DNA of 64,000 nucleotides from Candidatus Hodarchaeota archaeon (GTDB lineage: Archaea > Asgardarchaeota > Lokiarchaeia > Sigyniarchaeales > SOKP01), in assembly GCA_048886685.1 (NCBI GenBank), contig JBHLKM010000010.1:106106-170105 (forward strand). Reading direction: 5' to 3'. The position numbers were made by a program, and so were the translations under genes. Shown here piece after piece: positions 10,560-20,565 of the stretch. Position 1 is the stretch's first letter, and the number at the start of each line of letters is the position of its first letter. The notes beneath the pieces are model-generated. The model did no database searches. It was not told where the DNA came from and worked only from the letters and a program-made list of their open reading frames with translations.

Positions 10560-11087
10560 TTACTTTTTCTCTGAACCTTGTTTAATTTCTTTATCAATAA
10601 TAAAAAAACCCACTGAAATTACGCTTTTCAATCTTTGCAGACGATCTTTAAGTGTTTTTACTCGATCAAAAGGTCCTGAGACCGCGATAATTTCTAAACA
10701 TTTACCATATTCCAAATGAACATGCATAGTAGATATGATTATATCAAAAAAGTGATGCTGAATATCAATCTTTAATATTTCATCTGTTTGTTGAATATTA
10801 GCATACATCGTCCCAGAACTATAATCATGCTCATGATCAGCAGTGTGAGAAGAATTATGAGAGTGTTCATGTTGTTTAATATCTGGATGTTCATGAGCCA
10901 TAATAATTGTTATACATCCCACAACGTTTCCAGAACTTATAGAAATATTTTCTTCACTGATCATAAAAGAATGCATTGCTTTCCGAATAGCATCTGATCT
11001 TGACATCCCTAACTTAAGTCTAAACGCCTCAAATAACTTATATAACTTTTCAGGAAGAGAAATTGTAAATCGCTTATATTCCTCCAT
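10560..11087 (-). CDS. nikR: NikR-family ribbon-helix-helix nickel-responsive regulator with a His-rich insertion
   Basis: RFTISLP...SRSDAIR RHH domain; IQHHF...STMHVHL...CLEII metal-binding domain; ATG at 11087 preferred. Confidence 0.88.
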   Translation of the reverse strand: MEEYKRFTISLPEKLYKLFEAFRLKLGMSRSDAIRKAMHSFMISEENISISSGNVVGCITIIMAHEHPDIKQHEHSHNSSHTADHEHDYSSGTMYANIQQTDEILKIDIQHHFFDIIISTMHVHLEYGKCLEIIAVSGPFDRVKTLKDRLQRLKSVISVGFFIIDKEIKQGSEKK

Positions 11088-11128
11088 TTTAAACAATCGT
11101 CATCTTTTTTTAGAAAAAGGATAAAAAT

Positions 11129-11866
11129 TCATTTTTTTATAAAAATCGCAATTGGCACGCTAGCTTCTCGCCATTGAGCAATTTTTCCAGAATATTCTAA
11201 GTTTAACCTGCTTCTACCATGATCACCGATTATGATCATCAATGAATTTTTCCTTAGTTGCTTATAATTACTTAAGATCCATTTGTCAGTTCGATTTAAT
11301 AATTTCTCTATTAAATCTTCTGGAGTTCTTTGCCTTAATTGCTGTTGCTGCTTATGTAAGTTCTCAAAATCTAGGTAATGCATCCAAGATAGGTCAAAAT
11401 TATTAATTACTTTTGCTGATTCTACCCAAGTACTCATATCAGAGTCTTTAGCAATTGATTTAGTTCCTCCATCATAACGGTCTAAATCTTTTTTCCGTCC
11501 GATAAAACATGATTTTTTGTCGCTTTCATTTAAATGTTTCAGAAGGTGGAAACCATTAGGTTCCACATCAAACCCACCATACATTAATTGATGTAAAACT
11601 CCTAACGTATAAGGATTTCTTGTGCTTAGCAATAACATCAATTCAGCGTTGCTAATCATGAATTTTGGCTTCATATAAGTTATTTCGAAGAGACCTAGGT
11701 TATCAATTAGATTTATACTAATACGTTCAACATTTTGATAAAGATTTAGAACTCCTTGAATTGGTTCAGGAATAGTTTTTTGAGGAGGGTCAACTTTTAA
11801 TAATTTTAATATTGTTGCTGGTAGTTGGTTCATATAGCATTTTAAAGTTTGAAGTTCTGAGCTCAT
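11129..11866 (-). CDS. Alkaline phosphatase superfamily (PglZ/phosphodiesterase-like) protein
   Basis: NLIDNLG, PYT, IIIGDHG and terminal VPIAI motifs. Confidence 0.6.
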   Translation of the reverse strand: MSSELQTLKCYMNQLPATILKLLKVDPPQKTIPEPIQGVLNLYQNVERISINLIDNLGLFEITYMKPKFMISNAELMLLLSTRNPYTLGVLHQLMYGGFDVEPNGFHLLKHLNESDKKSCFIGRKKDLDRYDGGTKSIAKDSDMSTWVESAKVINNFDLSWMHYLDFENLHKQQQQLRQRTPEDLIEKLLNRTDKWILSNYKQLRKNSLMIIIGDHGRSRLNLEYSGKIAQWREASVPIAIFIKK

Positions 11867-11987
11867 AGCTGTGCCCTTAAATTGATTTATATTTAATAAT
11901 TCTTAATATTATTAAAAAGATAATATAATTATAAAATTGTTATCACTTTAATTATTGAGTATTGTACCAATTTTAAAAAATGATAAA

Positions 11988-13268
11988 ATGAGAATATTAT
12001 ATATTGATTTGAAAAACTCTGGAATCTCTGGAGATATGTTATTAGCAGCATTGTTAGGAATAGTTCCTGAACCAGAGGAAATTTTAAAAGATTTAAGAAA
12101 ATTAAAAAATTATTTACCTGATGTTTCGCAATTAAATATTGATTTAAATAAAATAGATAGATCAGGAATTCAATTAAATCAACTGAAAATTGAGATTAAA
12201 GAAAATAAGGATCATAGGTCGGCAAAAACACTAAAAAATTCTCTTAATCAATATTTAAATGAAAATTCCTTTTCAGATTTAGCTAAAAATTATGCTAACC
12301 AAGTTTTAGATTCTTTAATCCAAGCAGAAGCAGAAGTGCACGGTGAATTAGCTAGTAAAGTCCATTTACACGAACTTAGTTCAATTGACACATTAATAGA
12401 TATTTTAGGGGTTACTACCGTACTAGATAAAATGAATAGTTTTGATGAAAATTTTAAATTTTTTTGTAGTAAGATACCTTTAGGAGGTGGTGAAGTTAAC
12501 ACCACCCATGGTTTGTTAACAATTCCAGCTCCAGCTACCCTAAAGATTTTAGAAAAGTCAAATTTAATAACTTTCGGAGGACCTATAGAATCTGAATTGG
12601 TAACTCCTACAGGTATTGCCTTATTAACAAGTTTGAGTCCTGTTTTTTTAGAGTATTTACCTGAGATGATGATTAGGAAATCCGCTTATAGTACTGGTCA
12701 GAATAAGTTTAAAGATTTTCAAAATATACTACGCTTATTTTTTGGAGAATATGAGGATTTAGAAAGTACTATACCTAATCATCCAATGCAAAAATATGTT
12801 GAAAAAGTGTCGATTTTAGAAACTGATGTTGATGATGTCTCGGGAGAGATACTTGGGAATTTCTTCAATGAATTCAAGGAGGAAAAAGTATTAGATCTTC
12901 AAATAATTCCAAGTTTAACGAAAAAAAATCGACCTAGTTATATAATAAAGGTTTTATGTTATCCAGAATATACATTTGAATTGATTGAAAAAATTATCCA
13001 TGAATTAGGGACTTTAGGGGTAAGATATAGTATAGTAAACCGTGTATGTGTAGATAGAACTATAGAAAAACATATCATTAAAATTAATAAAAAGGAATAT
13101 GATGTAAATTTTAAAGTCTCTTATATTGAATTGGGAAAGAGTAAAGAAATCATAAATGTCAAGCCAGAATATGAAGATCTTAAAAAAATTAGTAATAATT
13201 CTGGAATTTCAGTGAGAGAGATACAATTTATTATACAAGCTAAGATAAAACAACTATTTTACTCTTAG
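11988..13268 (+). CDS. larC: Nickel-pincer cofactor biosynthesis nickel insertase LarC
   Basis: SGISGDMLLAALL, AEAEVHG, VHLHE, HG.L.IPAPAT, ELVTPTG, LETDVDD, KKNRP, TLGVR, KPEYED. Confidence 0.95.
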   Translation: MRILYIDLKNSGISGDMLLAALLGIVPEPEEILKDLRKLKNYLPDVSQLNIDLNKIDRSGIQLNQLKIEIKENKDHRSAKTLKNSLNQYLNENSFSDLAKNYANQVLDSLIQAEAEVHGELASKVHLHELSSIDTLIDILGVTTVLDKMNSFDENFKFFCSKIPLGGGEVNTTHGLLTIPAPATLKILEKSNLITFGGPIESELVTPTGIALLTSLSPVFLEYLPEMMIRKSAYSTGQNKFKDFQNILRLFFGEYEDLESTIPNHPMQKYVEKVSILETDVDDVSGEILGNFFNEFKEEKVLDLQIIPSLTKKNRPSYIIKVLCYPEYTFELIEKIIHELGTLGVRYSIVNRVCVDRTIEKHIIKINKKEYDVNFKVSYIELGKSKEIINVKPEYEDLKKISNNSGISVREIQFIIQAKIKQLFYS

Positions 13269-13343
13269 ATATTATGGATGATAAAAATTATAAAAAATAA
13301 GAAAAAAAATTGGTTTATAAATAAATTTCAGTATTTTTCTGCC

Positions 13344-13886
13344 TTAATATTTATCAACATGAAATTTATTCAAGTAGTACTCATCTTCGACCATTTCTTT
13401 GGAAAATTCTTTTAATCGATTTATTTCTTTAGTAATATCTTTTACTTTTCTTAGTTTTCCTAAATCCTTGAATATTTCTGATGCTTCTTGAAATGTTTTT
13501 ACGCTTTTATCATAATCCCCGGAGACTTCAAGATCTTCAGCTAGAAACACTAAACCTTCAGCAGTTTCTACCTTCTTACCTAATCTCTTTTGAATCTTTA
13601 GTGATTGATAATGACATTTCATACTTTCAGCATATTGTCTAAACACAGAGTAGGTTCTTCCTAATGCCCTTAGAACTAGAGCTTCTTGTTCAGGTAAATT
13701 ATTTTCTCGGCAAAACTTTAAGATAGAATCTAAAAATTGGATGTATTCCGTTTTATTCTTTAATTTTGTACGATCTATGCGTTCAAGTGCCCTTTCATAG
13801 TGATCTAAAGTATTCTCAATATCTTTTTCTTCAAAAAATTTTTTTGATCTCTCAAAAAGTTCTTGATGTTCAATAGATGCGACCAT
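13344..13886 (-). CDS. Tetratricopeptide-repeat protein
   Basis: Helical repeats such as ALVLRALGRTY...AESMKCHYQSLKI. Confidence 0.7.
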   Translation of the reverse strand: MVASIEHQELFERSKKFFEEKDIENTLDHYERALERIDRTKLKNKTEYIQFLDSILKFCRENNLPEQEALVLRALGRTYSVFRQYAESMKCHYQSLKIQKRLGKKVETAEGLVFLAEDLEVSGDYDKSVKTFQEASEIFKDLGKLRKVKDITKEINRLKEFSKEMVEDEYYLNKFHVDKY

Positions 13887-14217
13887 TGGGGTCTCAACTA
13901 CTTTCTTGCTCTTAGCGAATTTTAGTTTTTATTTAGATAAAAATAAGTTCAATTATTATTATATTAATTTACATATATATAGTTATCTATCTTAAATTAT
14001 ATGGCGAGAGATATTGAAAAGGGGCAATTTATGAGAAATTTTAATCTTAATCTTAAAGCATCTTCACGTGTAAAAATTAACTTAGATATCTGTTTATTTA
14101 AACCATTATATTGTTAATTAAAGTAAATACCTTACATATTGCCATATTTCAATTTTAGAAGTTTTGAATGAACACTTAATAGGGAAAAATAAAATACAAA
14201 AATTGAGTTTAATAATT

Positions 14218-14880
14218 TTAAAAATTAATTACTCCTGCTATACCCAACGGTAAAAATATGCATAATAGCGCAATACCAATAGCGTAGATTGTTCCAACTA
14301 CTCTGACTTTCGATTTCCTGTCCGGTAAATCGTATACGTAAAAAGTTCCAACAAAGAAGTGAAAATACCCGAATAAAAAGATTAAAACTGGATTATACCA
14401 ATGCCACCACGGATATTCCCAAATTAAATAATCTCCCCTATTTAACAAAATTTCTACAAAAACAGAAAAGATTGTAAAACCTATTGCCATTGCCCATCGA
14501 TTTGGGAGTCCCAAAATTTTCTTATTTTTATTATCTGGTAAAAATTTTGCAAATACTATACCTGCAATTGAAAACATGAAAGCTATTTCAATGTTCCATC
14601 CAATTAAAATAATGTAAGCACTTGCTCCAGGGGTAGTCCAAAAGGCAGAATGATCCGAAAAGGCAAAAATTAGCCCATTCCATATTTCATTAATCAAATC
14701 TAAGCCTAAAAGAGTTAACCCTGCAAATACAGTACTCCAATTTCCTGTTTCTCTCGCATTTTTAATTTCCACTCCATAAATGTATAATACTAGTACGAGT
14801 AGGGGAATAATATACCATCCATGTTCCTGATTCAATTCGCGAAGTTTGTCTAAAGCTTCAAGTGAAGCGTCTGTGGCCAA
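14218..14880 (-). CDS. Uncharacterised multi-pass membrane protein
   Basis: About 6 hydrophobic segments, NEIWN and GWNIEI; the tracked GTG lies inside an AGGTGA SD, so TTG at 14880 is the likelier start. Confidence 0.7.
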   Translation of the reverse strand: MATDASLEALDKLRELNQEHGWYIIPLLVLVLYIYGVEIKNARETGNWSTVFAGLTLLGLDLINEIWNGLIFAFSDHSAFWTTPGASAYIILIGWNIEIAFMFSIAGIVFAKFLPDNKNKKILGLPNRWAMAIGFTIFSVFVEILLNRGDYLIWEYPWWHWYNPVLIFLFGYFHFFVGTFYVYDLPDRKSKVRVVGTIYAIGIALLCIFLPLGIAGVINF

Positions 14881-15030
14881 ATATTTCACCTTTATTTAGA
14901 ATTTTTTTTAATAATAATTAGAAGAAATTTAGACTCTAATATTTAAATATCTTTTCTTATTAAGGTTAGACTAAAATTAGAATATTAGCTTCTGACTAGT
15001 TTACAATTTTAATTTATCTAAAATTACAGA

Positions 15031-15816
15031 TTAAAGCTTTTCTGAGATTTTATTAGCAATTATTGCAGCAGAAGCCCCAGCACCAAATCCATTATCAATA
15101 TTTACAACTAATAATCCTGGAGAACAAGATTGCAGCATGGTAATCAATGCACCCTTCCCTTTTTCACCCATACCATATCCACTTGATATCGGAACACCTA
15201 TAACAGGAATATCAACAAGAGCCGCAACTAATCCTGGTAGAGTTCCTTCCATTCCCGCACAGACAATTATTATGTGAACTCCTTTTTTAATCATTTCACT
15301 TAAAGGTGTAAAGATACGATGAATACCTGCAATCCCCACATCATAAGTAGTAATAGTTTTACAACCCATAACTTCTGCAATAATTTGTGCTTCAATTGCT
15401 ACTGGAATATCTGAACTTCCCGCTGTAATAATTCCTACAATTCCATCCTTTTTAGGAAACTCGTAGGATTTTTCCTTAATAACAATTATTTTTCCGAGGT
15501 CATTAATATGAATTTCATAATTTTCAGCTTTATCAAAGGTTTTTTCAATTAGAATTTTCTGGTCTTCATAATAACGAGAGATTATTGCGAATTGTTTGGT
15601 TTCTAGGAACCTCTTAGTAATTTCAATGACGATTTCTGGGTCTTTATTTTGGGCAAAAATAACTTCAGGTGTACCTGTCCTCGTTTTACGAAAAATGTCT
15701 AATTTAGCCAAATCTCCAACTTCTTCAACATGATTGGCTCTAAGTAATCTTTCAGCTTCTTCTACAGTCATTTTTTTCTCAAGTAATTTTGCGAGAATAT
15801 CTTTTATTTCATTCAT
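15031..15816 (-). CDS. larB: Nickel-pincer cofactor biosynthesis carboxylase/hydrolase LarB
   Basis: RTGTPEVIFA, TAGSSDIPVA.EA, DVGIAGIHR, AGMEGTLP, PISSGYG, MLQSC, VNIDNGFGA. Confidence 0.95.
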   Translation of the reverse strand: MNEIKDILAKLLEKKMTVEEAERLLRANHVEEVGDLAKLDIFRKTRTGTPEVIFAQNKDPEIVIEITKRFLETKQFAIISRYYEDQKILIEKTFDKAENYEIHINDLGKIIVIKEKSYEFPKKDGIVGIITAGSSDIPVAIEAQIIAEVMGCKTITTYDVGIAGIHRIFTPLSEMIKKGVHIIIVCAGMEGTLPGLVAALVDIPVIGVPISSGYGMGEKGKGALITMLQSCSPGLLVVNIDNGFGAGASAAIIANKISEKL

Positions 15817-16011
15817 AATTTATGTCCACAATAGGATGTGCTAAGAAAAGGTAAATTATTTCGTATAAATAAGAGTTCTTTTATTTTGTATTTTACTAAT
15901 TTATACAATTTTGAATTTTATCAATTTTTAAAAAAAAATAATAACAACATAAAATAAATATAAATTACTACTAATTTCAATTATTAATCCTAATTTAAAG
16001 TGAGATTACGT

Positions 16012-17235
16012 ATGAAAATTGATTATACATCTTTTAAGGATGTGAATTTAAAAGGTAAAAAAGTCTTAATGCGTGTTGACATAAACTCTAACATTGACTT
16101 AGAGAAGATGGAAATTAGAGATTCACCGCGAATTCGTGTACTTGCTCCTGCTTTGAATAAATATTTTAAAAAAAGCGCAGTGATAATATTAGCGCATCAA
16201 TCCCGTCCAGGAAGTGACGATTTTACAGATTTAGACATACATGCGAAAGAAATCGAAAAATATCTTGGTCGTCCTGTTAAATTCGTAAAAGATATCTATG
16301 GAGAACAAGCAATCCAAGCTATTAAGGATCTCAAAAAGGGAGAAGTTTTAGTTTTAAACAATGTTAGAAAATTTGAAGGAGAAATGAAAGGATATAAGGA
16401 TTTTTCTGAAGCTGAAAATACCGAATTGGTCAAAGCATTATTTCCATTAGTAGATTATGTAATTGTTGATGCTTTTGGAGCCGCTCATCGAGCTCATGCG
16501 TCAATAGTAGGATGGCCTAAGATGATGGCAGGTCCAATAACCGACAAAGAATTAGATGCTTTGAAGAAAATTATGCAAGAGCCTGAGAAACCTATGGCTA
16601 TGCTAATTGGTGGAGCAAAAGCTATAGACAAGTTTAAAGCAATGAAATATAATTTTGATAATCAGAAATTAGATTACGCGCTTTGTTCAGGATTAACAGC
16701 TATTCTGATCTTTGAAGCGTTAGGGAAAAATATGGGAGAACCAAACCATAAAATAATCGCTGAAGATCTGGAAACAAATAAAGATATGATCATAGAAACT
16801 TATGAGAAATATAAAGATAAGATTATTCTTCCCGAAGATTTGATAATTGATGAAAATGGTAATAGAAAAACAATTGAAATTGATGAAGCGGGTACTTATA
16901 ATACCACTACGGGAGATATTGGCCCTAAAACAGTTGAAAAATTTAATGATATTCTAATGAAATGCAAAACAATTGTAGCAAACGGTCCTCCAGGCATTTT
17001 TGAAAAGGAAGTGTTTCGAAAAGCTACAAATGAAATTGTAGATACAATGGTTGCTGCCACTAAAAAAAACAATGCACTCACAATTATTGGTGGTGGTGAA
17101 ATGGGTGCTGCAGCCTCAATGGCAGGAAAAGCTGACGATGTTTCTTTCATTTCAACAGCAGGAGGCGCAATGCTAGAAATCCTTTCAGGAAACGACTTAC
17201 CAATGATTAGAGCTTTACGAGAAAAAAAAGTGTAA
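16012..17235 (+). CDS. pgk: Phosphoglycerate kinase
   Basis: RVDINS, AHQSRP, NVR, DAFGAAHRAH, GGAK, NGPPGIFE, GGG, STAGGAMLE. Confidence 0.96.
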   Translation: MKIDYTSFKDVNLKGKKVLMRVDINSNIDLEKMEIRDSPRIRVLAPALNKYFKKSAVIILAHQSRPGSDDFTDLDIHAKEIEKYLGRPVKFVKDIYGEQAIQAIKDLKKGEVLVLNNVRKFEGEMKGYKDFSEAENTELVKALFPLVDYVIVDAFGAAHRAHASIVGWPKMMAGPITDKELDALKKIMQEPEKPMAMLIGGAKAIDKFKAMKYNFDNQKLDYALCSGLTAILIFEALGKNMGEPNHKIIAEDLETNKDMIIETYEKYKDKIILPEDLIIDENGNRKTIEIDEAGTYNTTTGDIGPKTVEKFNDILMKCKTIVANGPPGIFEKEVFRKATNEIVDTMVAATKKNNALTIIGGGEMGAAASMAGKADDVSFISTAGGAMLEILSGNDLPMIRALREKKV

Positions 17236-17374
17236 AATATAACTCATTTATTTTATTATTTTTTTAATATTGAGTATCTTTAAACAGAAATTTACTAAAT
17301 TTAATAAAATATTTATTTTTTAATGAAATAAATTACCTATAGCTAATTTCAATATTCCTTATATTGAAATTAAG

Positions 17375-17448
17375 GGGCCCGTGGTCTAGCCTGGTATGAC
17401 GTCCGCTTGACGTGCGGAAGGTCGCGCGTTCAAACCGCGCCGGGCCCA
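17375..17448 (+). tRNA. tRNA-Val(GAC)
   Basis: Acceptor GGGCCCG/CGGGCCC, anticodon arm TCCGC-TTGACGT-GCGGA, T arm GCGCG-TTCAAAC-CGCGC, discriminator A; CCA not encoded. Confidence 0.97.
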
Positions 17449-17475
17449 CTAAAAAATTTAGAAGATAATAAAAAG

Positions 17476-17955
17476 ATGCCGATTAGAATCCGTTGGAAGT
17501 CAAAAGAGTATATTGGAATCGCCTTGTTGTTATTAGGAATGTGTGGGTTTTTACAGCTTCTCTTCATAATCATTGGGCAATATTTTTTAGCGATTGGGAA
17601 TTATTTCGTTATTATAGTAATCCCAATTGGAATAACATTAGCAATATTTTATGCTTCTATGATTATCTTTGAGAGTTATGCTCAAGTTGAGAGAAGAGAG
17701 AAGTTGAGAAGCCAGTTCCGGAAATCAAAAACCTATTCTTCTAAATTAAAACAGATCTTAAAGTTCCCTATAACAAAACCTCTAATTATCATAATTGCTA
17801 TTTTCACTCCAATTTTCTTTGCAACTTTCTTTATATGGGTTTTAATATTCGATAACATGGTTTCTTTTATAATTGCTGAAAATACTAGTGCCATAATTTG
17901 CTTGCTTATAGCAAATTTGATCGAGAAAAACTATGGTAGAGTTAAGAGATATTAA
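17476..17955 (+). CDS. Hypothetical 4-TM membrane protein
   Basis: Four hydrophobic segments; start moved to ATG 17476 because the tracked start lies inside the tRNA. Confidence 0.7.
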   Translation: MPIRIRWKSKEYIGIALLLLGMCGFLQLLFIIIGQYFLAIGNYFVIIVIPIGITLAIFYASMIIFESYAQVERREKLRSQFRKSKTYSSKLKQILKFPITKPLIIIIAIFTPIFFATFFIWVLIFDNMVSFIIAENTSAIICLLIANLIEKNYGRVKRY

Positions 17956-18107
17956 ACAGACTCTATGAATAAGACGATGATCTCTAATTATTGCAAACTT
18001 ATATATTGATATTACCACAATTAATAAATAGATAAGAAAGATAACAAAATAGGAATTCTATATACTTTTTATAAAAATAAGTATTCGATAGACTATTTTG
18101 AATAAGT

Positions 18108-18962
18108 ATGGCTAAAATTGAAGTTAGATGTCCAATTTGTTCTAATTGGGATAATATTGAGATCTCAGATGATGCAACAAGAAATGCAACAAAAGGACTT
18201 TTAGCTATTAATATAACTGCTGGAATGATTTGCGAACATAATTTTATTGCCTATGTTGATAAAAACCTTATAGTGAGAGATTGTTTAATTGCAGATTTTA
18301 AAATAGAAGCCCCAGAATCTCCAGGTTCTACAACAAGAGAAGATACGGATAAAATTATTCCTGAAGTCGAATCGATTAATCACGACTTAATAAAGTTAAA
18401 TATTCCGGAACCATTAATGGCTTCTATTTTAAGAGCTATTTTTTTGGGTAAGGGTGTAATATTAATTTCAGATGATCAGTATCTTGCTGATAATATCATA
18501 TATTTCTTTAAATATGCAATGAAAAATTTATTTGATAATGAAATTATAGCTATGTCAAAATCTGATTACAATCATAATCAGATTAATTATGAGAAATATA
18601 TAGTTTTCGAAAAGAGAAAAATTGTTCAAGATTTTGAAAATTTGATTAACCCAAAAAAAATAGATATCGAGAAAGGCATTGCAAAAAAGTTTTTGGAAGA
18701 GTATGATTTAATAACTGCTTTAATAATTCTTAGAAATGAGATTCAAAAAGCATTCGAATTCTCCAAAACTCTAGCTGAGTTTATAACTAATTCTGAAAAA
18801 AAAGCATGGACTTCAAAAATACTTCTTGATCATGTTAATAAAGTGTATAATGAAAGAATTCAAATAAATTATCTTATCTTTTTATACGATATAGTGCATT
18901 ATTACTTTAAAGTAGATATTCCGAAAATCGAGGGAGTTACCAAATTCCTTGGAATTTTATAA
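18108..18962 (+). CDS. Hypothetical protein with N-terminal Zn-ribbon (CPIC...CEH)
   Basis: CPIC and CEHNFIAYVD motifs; C-terminal alpha/beta domain. Confidence 0.65.
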   Translation: MAKIEVRCPICSNWDNIEISDDATRNATKGLLAINITAGMICEHNFIAYVDKNLIVRDCLIADFKIEAPESPGSTTREDTDKIIPEVESINHDLIKLNIPEPLMASILRAIFLGKGVILISDDQYLADNIIYFFKYAMKNLFDNEIIAMSKSDYNHNQINYEKYIVFEKRKIVQDFENLINPKKIDIEKGIAKKFLEEYDLITALIILRNEIQKAFEFSKTLAEFITNSEKKAWTSKILLDHVNKVYNERIQINYLIFLYDIVHYYFKVDIPKIEGVTKFLGIL

Positions 18963-18995
18963 TTAATTTTTTCATTCAAAGAAATTAACTATTTA

Positions 18996-19862
18996 TTATA
19001 TTTTAGCGGGAGAAGCATAACAATAATCACAATTATGTTTACATCGAAAAATCCCTGTATATCCTCCTATATCTTTTGATTTGAAACATCCACAGCTTTT
19101 CCTTTGTCCGGTATCTCTTAATTTTGGGATATTTTCATTAATTAATTGTTCAATTTTAATTGCATCTATACAGTGTGCTTGTTCAATCCCTTTAATTTTT
19201 AGTAAGTCAGGTTGACAACACGCTTTCATATTTATATTGGAATCATTACATATTTTAATTAATCCGTTTATAATTTCTTGTTTTTTGTTTAAAGTTAGGT
19301 CAATAGGAATATATCCTCTAGCATTCATCCTATTTTTAACTTTAGGATATATTGTAGCAAAAGAAAATATGAGTTCTTTTACACCAAGATCGGCTACATT
19401 TTCAACTATATTCTTAAATTCATCTAAATTATTTTTTATTCTATGAGTATCCTTTTTTCTGTAAAAAATGATTGGATCATATCTATAGCTTATAGAAGAT
19501 ACTCCAAACTCTTTGATTAGCCATTCCATTTGCTTTAATCGTTCTTCAACTGATATAGTTAAATTCTTTTCCAATTCTGAGGGGGAATTGATTGTAAATT
19601 GGAAAATATGCCCCTTATAAGATTTAAAAAGATATTTGTTCTTTTTGTATTCCTTAATCCAGTCTCTAAAATTTTTACTCCACCAGACAAAACACATAAC
19701 AATTTTAGGATCTAGAGAGACTCGATTTATTTGCTTTCGATTAAATGGGTTAACTACATCAACATATCCCACTTTAAGCCTCTGAATAACCCAATCCATC
19801 AAAAAAGCAGGTATATCAGTTCTACGTGAACAAGAAATTATTGGGGATTCAATTATACTCAT
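18996..19862 (-). CDS. DUF1848 family protein
   Basis: IISCSRRTDIPAF, VNPFN, WSKN, RYDPII, QRKSCGC..SKDIG, CKHNCDYCYA. Confidence 0.92.
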   Translation of the reverse strand: MSIIESPIISCSRRTDIPAFLMDWVIQRLKVGYVDVVNPFNRKQINRVSLDPKIVMCFVWWSKNFRDWIKEYKKNKYLFKSYKGHIFQFTINSPSELEKNLTISVEERLKQMEWLIKEFGVSSISYRYDPIIFYRKKDTHRIKNNLDEFKNIVENVADLGVKELIFSFATIYPKVKNRMNARGYIPIDLTLNKKQEIINGLIKICNDSNINMKACCQPDLLKIKGIEQAHCIDAIKIEQLINENIPKLRDTGQRKSCGCFKSKDIGGYTGIFRCKHNCDYCYASPAKI

Positions 19863-20074
19863 TTAAATTTTTACAAAGAATATAATATTTTGTTTAATAA
19901 TTTTTTAAATTAATAAATTAAAATTAATACTCCTATTAGATAAGAAATTGTTCCAAATTGCATAATTAGAAAAACGAGAGTTCTCAATTTTAATATATTT
20001 TCTATATTATTTATATTCCTTTTTCTAATTCATCTTTATTAAGATAATTAAGGATGAGTAGATTCTAGATATTT

Positions 20075-20470
20075 ATGACAAGAAGAAATATTTCTTCTGG
20101 ATCTCAATACGAAAAGCCTATTGGTTTTTCCAGAGTGGTAAGGATAAAAAACTTTATTTCTGTAGCAGGGACGGCACCGATCTCTTCAGATGGATCAACC
20201 GCGTGTCCTAATGATTTATATGGTCAAACAAAACATTGTTTAGGAATTATTGAAAAAGCCATTAAGGAAGCTGGAGGTTGTCTAAAAGATGTTATTCGTA
20301 CAAGAATTATGCTGACTGATATCTCAAAATGGCAAGAAGCAGGTAAGGCACATGGAGAATTTTTCTCTGAAATAAGACCAGCATGTACTTTTTTAGAAGT
20401 TAGTAGATTCATTGATCCCGACTGGTTAATTGAAATTGAAGCTGATTGTGTAATAGATTATGAGGAATAG
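20075..20470 (+). CDS. RidA/YjgF/UK114 family protein
   Basis: EKPIGFSR, VAGTA, DVIRTRI, HGEFF..IRPA, LIEIEA. Confidence 0.93.
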   Translation: MTRRNISSGSQYEKPIGFSRVVRIKNFISVAGTAPISSDGSTACPNDLYGQTKHCLGIIEKAIKEAGGCLKDVIRTRIMLTDISKWQEAGKAHGEFFSEIRPACTFLEVSRFIDPDWLIEIEADCVIDYEE

Positions 20471-20565
20471 GATTTTTACAGGATAATTTTAATTTTTACT
20501 CTATTTGATTTTTTTGGCTTTGATGAGATAATAATTATTTAAAGTTTAAAATATTAAATAAAGTC

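Noticed and set aside
11988-13268. Programmed frameshift in larC, as seen in some bacteria
   Set aside because: Both LarC halves are in one continuous frame here
17407-17475. N-terminal 23 aa of the tracked ORF 17407-17955
   Set aside because: Starts inside tRNA-Val; the real start is more likely ATG 17476
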